Below are positions 60,936 to 64,000 of a stretch of DNA of 64,000 nucleotides, piece by piece. The notes beneath the pieces were generated by a model. It ran no database searches and was not told where the DNA came from. It was given only the letters and a program-made list of their open reading frames with translations. How positions within the stretch are numbered: position 1 is the stretch's first letter; each line of letters begins with the position of its first letter. Source of the DNA: Bacillota bacterium (GTDB taxonomy: Bacteria > Bacillota > Clostridia > Peptostreptococcales > Anaerovoracaceae); assembly GCA_017522185.1 (NCBI GenBank), contig JAFWZZ010000014.1, forward strand, positions 21,604 to 85,603, in the 5' to 3' direction. Made by a program: the position numbers and the translations under genes.

Positions 60936-63900
60936 ATGAAGTATAAAAAACCATTGAAAATACTGCTTTCTTTGATACTAGTCTGTACGATGATTATGGA
61001 CGTTACACTGGTATCGGCTGCGGCAACCACATCCACCAACTTATTATCCAGTGAGTCTGAATATTCACTTACTACAGATAAGACGGAGTATTTAGTGGGT
61101 GAGCCAATCAATGTTACTGCGCATGCGCCATCTGGACGTAATGCGTGGGTGGGCATTGTAAAGAGCGGAAGAACATTCACTGCAGCAGACGGTCCGTCCT
61201 ATTATTGGGCTTACGTGCCAAGCGGCGGCGATGAATTTAATCTTATGGCACCCCAAAACGAGGTGTACGATGAGCATTATGCCAATCTGCCTGCCGATGA
61301 ACAGGCACTGATCGACCTGAAAAAACACCAGTTAATGCCAGGGGAATATGATGTTGTTCTGTTCCGTGACGGAGGTTATTCCGTTGTTGAGAGAAAGACG
61401 ATCACCATAGATGCAGAATACGACATTACTTATATGCATGGTGATGAGCCTTTAACTGGCTTGACTCCTACTGTATATCGTCATTCGAAAGCAAAGAATG
61501 CAGCGATTACGCTTCCGAAAAACGTAGCAAAAGAAGGGTATACTTTTGTTGCGTGGTACGAGACAGCTGAATTGAAGGGAAATCCGGTGACTTCCATTGC
61601 AAAGGGAAGCTCTGGTGACAAAACTTACTATGCAAAATTTAACACATTTTCCTATGAAGTAACATTCGATACAGACGGTGGAAACGTTGTTGAGAAGCAG
61701 ACCGTGTCTCACGATCAATATGTGACTCGTCCGGCAGATCCAGAGAAGGACGGCTTTGTTTTCCTTGACTGGGTTACTGCAAAGAATGGAACTACGCCGT
61801 TTGACTTCAGCAAGCCGATTACAGGCAATGTAACCGTGTATGCTGCATGGGTGGCAGAAGGTGCAAAGCTTGTTCAGTTTGAAACTGGTGGAGGCAGTGC
61901 GGTTCTGACACAGAGTGTGATGCCTGGAAATAAGGCAGTGAAGCCGGAAAATCCAAAACGCCAGCATTACACTTTTGACAAATGGGTAACGGCGAAAGAC
62001 GGTGATCAGGAATTCAATTTTAATACAGTAATCGAGGCTGATACCACCATCTACGCAAAATGGAAACCTGTAAACTATCAGATTACCTTCGATGCAAACG
62101 GCGGAAGTGCTGTTTCCAAGAAGACCTATACCATTGAAACAAGCAGTTTTACACTTCCAACGTCTACAAGAGAGGGTTATGCTTTCAAAGGATGGAAGGA
62201 TGCAAACGGAAAGTCCTATACAACCATTGAAAAAGGAACTGCAGGTAATCTATCTCTGACTGCACAGTGGGAGAGACAGACCTCTCTCTTAGTCAGTGGT
62301 ACAACCCATTACGCAGGGGATCCGATTTATGTTGATGCATATTGTGAATCCGATGGTGCATGGGTCGGCTTGTACGGAAAAAATGATACACCAGGGGTTG
62401 CAGAAGCAATTAACTGGTACTATGTAGATGAATATCTTGGAGAAAAAGTAAATCTTGCCAAGATGAACAGTATCGACAGAGCAATCACACCTGGAGAGTA
62501 CAAGATTATTCTTTACGGAGATCCAAGCTATAATGTGATTCTGAAGACTGTAAACATTACGATGCAGAAACACCCAAACCCTACAAAGGGGGATTTGAAG
62601 ATCTCCGGGTATTCCAGATCTGATAAGGCATATAACGGTGTTGCTGAATCAGAAAGACAGAGAACCCTGTACGACTACTTCTATGGTGATGCGATTACGG
62701 TAGAAGCGACGTTAAGCGGCAGCAATACGGAAGGTGCATGGATTGGCATCCTGGGAGATGTCGATTACAGCATTGGAAGAACAAGCGGCTTTATTGGAAC
62801 AAACTGGTTCTATGTTGAAGATTTTGCAGGACAGAAAGTCAATCTGAACTATGTAACAGAAAGTGTACTTTCTGCGGATGCGACGCCAATTGCATTTGCG
62901 TTGAATTATTGGATTGTTCTGGTAAGTGGTAACGGAACCATTTTAGATGCAGAACCAATCAATTACCGTACCTTCAATATGGACTGGTCCGGTAAAACCT
63001 GGGGTCCTGCAGTTAGCTCCAGACTATTAGTGGAAACAGAATGGTCCAGCAAGAATGCCAATGGCGAAAACCAGATGCCTGGAGTGACCATTAGACAGAT
63101 TAATGGCCATTTTGGTCTGAAAAAAGACAACACTGGCAAGCTGGTGGAAATTACAGAAGAACTTCTGGCAGAAGGCAAAGATTATACTTTAGAATACCCT
63201 GCACAAGCAAAAAATCCGGGAACCTATAACATTAAAGTGAATTTCCCAAGCTCTGGAGGAACCTACAACTATCTGAGCACGGATCCATCCACTTATGGAT
63301 TGAAAGATGGAATTCCATTCTACCTGACATCCAGCGCCAATGAATATGCAATTACATATCATCTCAATGGCGGTGTAAACCATGATGACAATCCATCTTT
63401 CTATAAGACCGGATCTGAAATTGTTTTGAAGTCACCAACTAGAAGTGATTATGTATTTGCCGGCTGGTATACGACCCATGATTTCAAAGAAGGAACCCAA
63501 ATCGAAAAGATTTCCGCAAATTCTGCATCCGATATTGCGCTCTATGCAAAGTGGATCAATGAAACAGAAGCAACCTACAAAATTGCATATGTACTCAATG
63601 GCGGCGAAAATAATCTAAACAACCCTACTGGTTATACAGGTGTTGTTGATGTAAACCTTAAGGCAGCAAGAAAAGCCGGATACACCTTTGACGGATGGTT
63701 CCTGGATGCAGCATTCACAAAAGCGGCAAACGTACTGCCAAAAGGCATGACTGGGGACGTTACTCTGTATGCGAAGTTTACAAAAGGAGAAACAAAGGAT
63801 AAGGTAAGAGTAGATACTTCTGTCAAAGGCGGAAGCATTACTGGAGACGTATACGGCAATGCCGGGGACACTGTGACTATCACATATAAGCCAAGCAATG

Positions 63901-64000
63901 ATTATAAGCTTGACAGCGTGGTAGTAGACGGCGTAAACATGGACATTACCAAGTATCCATCTTCCTATACCTTTGAAAATGTGACTGGCGACCACCATAT
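60936..64000 (+). CDS. Secreted giant protein P7, 3'-truncated by the window edge (more than 1021 aa): WVGLYK-like modules interleaved with at least 6 Listeria-Bacteroides repeats
   Basis: This ORF is absent from the supplied track because it has no stop in the window. I translated it by hand from the ATG at 60936 (GAAGGAG RBS, 14 nt after the P6 stop) and it stays open to base 64000. It begins with a signal peptide (MKYKKPLKILLSLILVCTMIMDVTLVSAAA). Confidence 0.8.
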   Translation, partial: MKYKKPLKILLSLILVCTMIMDVTLVSAAATTSTNLLSSESEYSLTTDKTEYLVGEPINVTAHAPSGRNAWVGIVKSGRTFTAADGPSYYWAYVPSGGDEFNLMAPQNEVYDEHYANLPADEQALIDLKKHQLMPGEYDVVLFRDGGYSVVERKTITIDAEYDITYMHGDEPLTGLTPTVYRHSKAKNAAITLPKNVAKEGYTFVAWYETAELKGNPVTSIAKGSSGDKTYYAKFNTFSYEVTFDTDGGNVVEKQTVSHDQYVTRPADPEKDGFVFLDWVTAKNGTTPFDFSKPITGNVTVYAAWVAEGAKLVQFETGGGSAVLTQSVMPGNKAVKPENPKRQHYTFDKWVTAKDGDQEFNFNTVIEADTTIYAKWKPVNYQITFDANGGSAVSKKTYTIETSSFTLPTSTREGYAFKGWKDANGKSYTTIEKGTAGNLSLTAQWERQTSLLVSGTTHYAGDPIYVDAYCESDGAWVGLYGKNDTPGVAEAINWYYVDEYLGEKVNLAKMNSIDRAITPGEYKIILYGDPSYNVILKTVNITMQKHPNPTKGDLKISGYSRSDKAYNGVAESERQRTLYDYFYGDAITVEATLSGSNTEGAWIGILGDVDYSIGRTSGFIGTNWFYVEDFAGQKVNLNYVTESVLSADATPIAFALNYWIVLVSGNGTILDAEPINYRTFNMDWSGKTWGPAVSSRLLVETEWSSKNANGENQMPGVTIRQINGHFGLKKDNTGKLVEITEELLAEGKDYTLEYPAQAKNPGTYNIKVNFPSSGGTYNYLSTDPSTYGLKDGIPFYLTSSANEYAITYHLNGGVNHDDNPSFYKTGSEIVLKSPTRSDYVFAGWYTTHDFKEGTQIEKISANSASDIALYAKWINETEATYKIAYVLNGGENNLNNPTGYTGVVDVNLKAARKAGYTFDGWFLDAAFTKAANVLPKGMTGDVTLYAKFTKGETKDKVRVDTSVKGGSITGDVYGNAGDTVTITYKPSNDYKLDSVVVDGVNMDITKYPSSYTFENVTGDHH

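Overview
This looks like a chromosomal window from a Firmicutes/Clostridia-type organism, probably a Lachnospiraceae-like gut anaerobe. That guess rests only on gene content and order. No database search was possible, so every family name comes from motifs I could read in the translations.

Bases 1-30.8 kb are ordinary housekeeping DNA. Every gene is on the + strand except yfcC.
- A tandem YxjI/LURP pair, a macro-domain protein, a DD-carboxypeptidase, DUF3343, a nitroreductase and a YwaF-like membrane protein.
- An FHA-fused SEDS (FtsW/RodA) gene coupled to a class-B PBP, then an MBL hydrolase and an HExxH lipoprotein.
- yfcC, an OmpR-type response regulator with its histidine kinase, yhaM, a CCA-type nucleotidyltransferase, recD2 and comFC.
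- A roughly 190-nt structured ncRNA candidate just after comFC, which is the reported position of raiA-motif RNAs.
- An ABC-F ATPase, hpf, cdaA-cdaR-glmM-glmS with no room for a glmS ribozyme, ahcY, a UPF0340 protein and a 35-codon Cys-rich tiny membrane ORF.

Bases 30.9 kb to the window end (more than 33 kb) hold the unusual part: seven consecutive + strand genes for giant signal-peptide-bearing proteins of 860, 2381, 1936, 2424, 1531, 647 and more than 1021 aa. They are mosaics of one shared module set:
- a roughly 110-aa WVGLYK-signature module, at least 18 copies;
- Listeria-Bacteroides (InlB B-type) repeats;
- about 90 copies of a 26-49 aa mini-module with exactly three Cys and a terminal His (C-x5/10-C-x2-C-x9..22-H);
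- an Ig/MBG-like module;
- an extremely Lys-rich FN3 terminal module.

The enzyme heads are a phosphodiester-glycosidase (NAGPA-like) domain, two calcineurin-type metallophosphoesterase domains and a clan-GH-A-like TIM-barrel domain. I saw no LPXTG, SLH or choline-binding anchors.

I saw no tRNA, rRNA, CRISPR array, IS element, integrase or phage gene. A short inverted-repeat motif (GGAAAGTGTATA) recurs in three long 5' leader regions.
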